Source: Nitrosopumilus sp.
GTDB taxonomy: Archaea; Thermoproteota; Nitrososphaeria; Nitrososphaerales; Nitrosopumilaceae
NCBI GenBank assembly: GCA_965203315.1
Contig: OZ241857.1
Coordinates: 1,440,001 to 1,504,000, forward strand
Reading direction: 5' to 3'
Length of the DNA stretch: 64,000 nt
Each line of letters starts with the position of its first letter. The stretch's first letter is position 1. Shown here one piece after another: positions 62,343-64,000 of the stretch. A model generated the notes under the pieces. That model was not told the origin of the DNA. It searched no databases and saw only the letters and a list, made by a program, of their open reading frames with translations. The position numbers and the translations under genes are program-made.

Positions 62343-63802
62343 GCTCTGTTCAATGAATATTTTTGCAATATGATGGTTTAGTGGTGGTTTAGATGAAAAC
62401 ACATCAGATGTGCAATTTGGAATCAATTTCACATTAAAATTAAAGCTTGTTGTACTGAAATGTTGTTTTTTACTACAAAATGAACAAGATTCTGACAATC
62501 AAAAGTTAGAAATCATTAAAAAAATCAAAGGTTTGCAAGTATTTGTTTTTTAATTATTCGCAAGTTATGTGCGGCAACCCTAAATAACAATTCTTGAACC
62601 ATGTGTTCCCACAATATCGATTTTAGACCTTCGCCAAACAGACGCTTCATTGTAGAAAATACACCTTCCGATGCAGAGCGCTCACCATAACCGTTTTTTC
62701 TCCCCCATCTTGCTTGATTTTTTAATCTATCTTTTTTTGTGATCTTTGTTACATCTTTGCATTTTGAGCCAAAAGTTAACTGAATCTGAGCAGTTTTACT
62801 TCTAACAGTTTCAAGATATGTTTTGGCAGTGTATCTTGTTGGAATTATTGGTTTAATCCCACGCTTTTTACAGTACTCAAAGATTTCAACTGTGTCGTAG
62901 CCTTTATCAGCTAGAATTTTAATCTCTATGTCTTTAATATTACAACATTTTTGGAGCATACCAAGCGCAAATTCAACGAGTTCAATAAATTGAGATGAAT
63001 CTGCTTCAGAATCGGTTGTAATGGTACATCCCAGTATTGCCTTTGTTTTTACGTCTATGATTGGGTGTAATTTAACAAATCCTTTCTTCTTTACTTTGTC
63101 CTGTTCTTTCTCGAACCTAAACTCGATCCATCTACCGCCTGCGTGTTGTGTAAATCCAGAGGCATCCAGGGAAAGAATGACTTCTTTAAAATGATCTGCA
63201 ACTGCGATATCATTTAAAATGTCTACCTCCATGTCATTTATTCTAGTAAATAATGTAGTATAAGCTGGTATCTCGAAATCAGGAAAAAATCGTTTTAATT
63301 CGTCTTCTAATTCTCTATATGATAATCCTCGCTTAGCTCTTATCATTGCAGCACATCTCAAAAAAGAGTCTGAATAGGCGTATTGACCGCCACGTTTCTT
63401 TGCGTTCATCTTTTTTAATTCTTTACTAAACAGTTTTGCAAGTTCCTCAGTATCGATTACTCCAAATTCAAATAAGAACAAAACATATCTGACCGTTGAA
63501 CCATTACTAAGTTGCTTTGCTATTCTTCTTATTTTCTCTCTTTCTTTATTTTGAACTTTTTTATCTTTTAAAATTTTGAATTCTGACTTATTTTTACGTT
63601 TCAATATCTTGTAGAAAATAGATACCCTATATAGATCTTTTCATTTAATTTTAAAATTACATCACAAAAAATGAAATCATAATTAAAAGCAAACTAACGT
63701 GCAATTTAATTTCATAATCTCTAATCAGCTCCGAATTTGACGCAGTTGAGCATCAACTAATGAGAAATTTTGCAGTTTTGTGCCTATTCATTGAACAGAG
63801 CA
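62343..63802 (-). mobile_element. IS5-family element, copy B (1460 bp)
   Basis: Same TIRs and length as copy A; flanking direct repeat CATGCGTGA at 62334-62342 and 63803-63811. Confidence 0.92.
62525..63604 (-). CDS. IS5-family DDE transposase (protein identical to 43148..44227)
   Basis: Identical translation in the ORF track. Confidence 0.92.
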   Translation of the reverse strand: MKRKNKSEFKILKDKKVQNKEREKIRRIAKQLSNGSTVRYVLFLFEFGVIDTEELAKLFSKELKKMNAKKRGGQYAYSDSFLRCAAMIRAKRGLSYRELEDELKRFFPDFEIPAYTTLFTRINDMEVDILNDIAVADHFKEVILSLDASGFTQHAGGRWIEFRFEKEQDKVKKKGFVKLHPIIDVKTKAILGCTITTDSEADSSQFIELVEFALGMLQKCCNIKDIEIKILADKGYDTVEIFEYCKKRGIKPIIPTRYTAKTYLETVRSKTAQIQLTFGSKCKDVTKITKKDRLKNQARWGRKNGYGERSASEGVFSTMKRLFGEGLKSILWEHMVQELLFRVAAHNLRIIKKQILANL

Positions 63803-64000
63803 CATGCGTGATGTAATGTCTGTATCTCTCAATATTGGTATTGCATAGTAACCTATCTTTTCTATCCGTAGACGAGAATGTTGACCTGTCTTTCTACTTG
63901 TTGCTATGGGTAGATACTGAGTATCCTCGCGCAAAAATTTAAGGCATGGATATCCGCAAAACATCTCTACTTTGTACTTTTGAATTCCCCACACACGTCT

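Larger units (their letters stand above)
62061..64000 (-). pseudogene. Hypothetical gene (starting beyond the window end) split by IS5 copy B
   Basis: ...LRDTDITSRM (ending at the TSD 63803-63811) joins GTKHGVLEY...KRYE* (62333..62061) in frame after removing the IS and one TSD. Confidence 0.7.

Noticed and set aside
62061-62498. 145-aa ORF (and 42909..43121) as real genes
   Set aside because: They start inside the IS5 end and read out into the flank; they are chimeric products of the insertions.
1051-63994. Numerous 60-150 aa ORFs antisense to or overlapping well-supported genes
   Set aside because: Shadow ORFs with no motifs, lying within confidently assigned CDSs.

Overview
64 kb of AT-rich archaeal chromosome. 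Gene content and order point to an ammonia-oxidising Nitrosopumilaceae-type thaumarchaeote (inference from tiaS, tgtA, kae1/bud32, tyw1, csl4, dph, class II HMG-CoA reductase, a ThiS-ThiF fusion and TSP3-repeat proteins). The heavy IS load hints at a host-associated lineage. The core backbone is a his operon, thrC, tRNA-modification genes and an initiator tRNA-Met with a non-canonical D-loop intron. Mobile DNA comprises: an IS630 splitting a beta-propeller gene; an IS66 interrupted by an IS5-family element and sitting with IS1595 remnants and a 149-bp MITE between kae1 and bud32; an ISL2/Harbinger-like IS; and a second, apparently identical IS5 copy splitting another gene. Accessory loci worth follow-up are: (i) a tyrosine recombinase + HerA + NurA cassette lacking Mre11/Rad50, preceded by a NERD nuclease gene; (ii) two tandem PIN genes divergent from a putative RHH/wHTH protein; (iii) a duplicated DtxR-like palindrome beside a DUF59-PqqD fusion gene, possibly controlling a small RNA; (iv) two YwgA/SocA-like genes; (v) a KAP NTPase islet. 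All calls come from motif recognition by eye; no searches were run.
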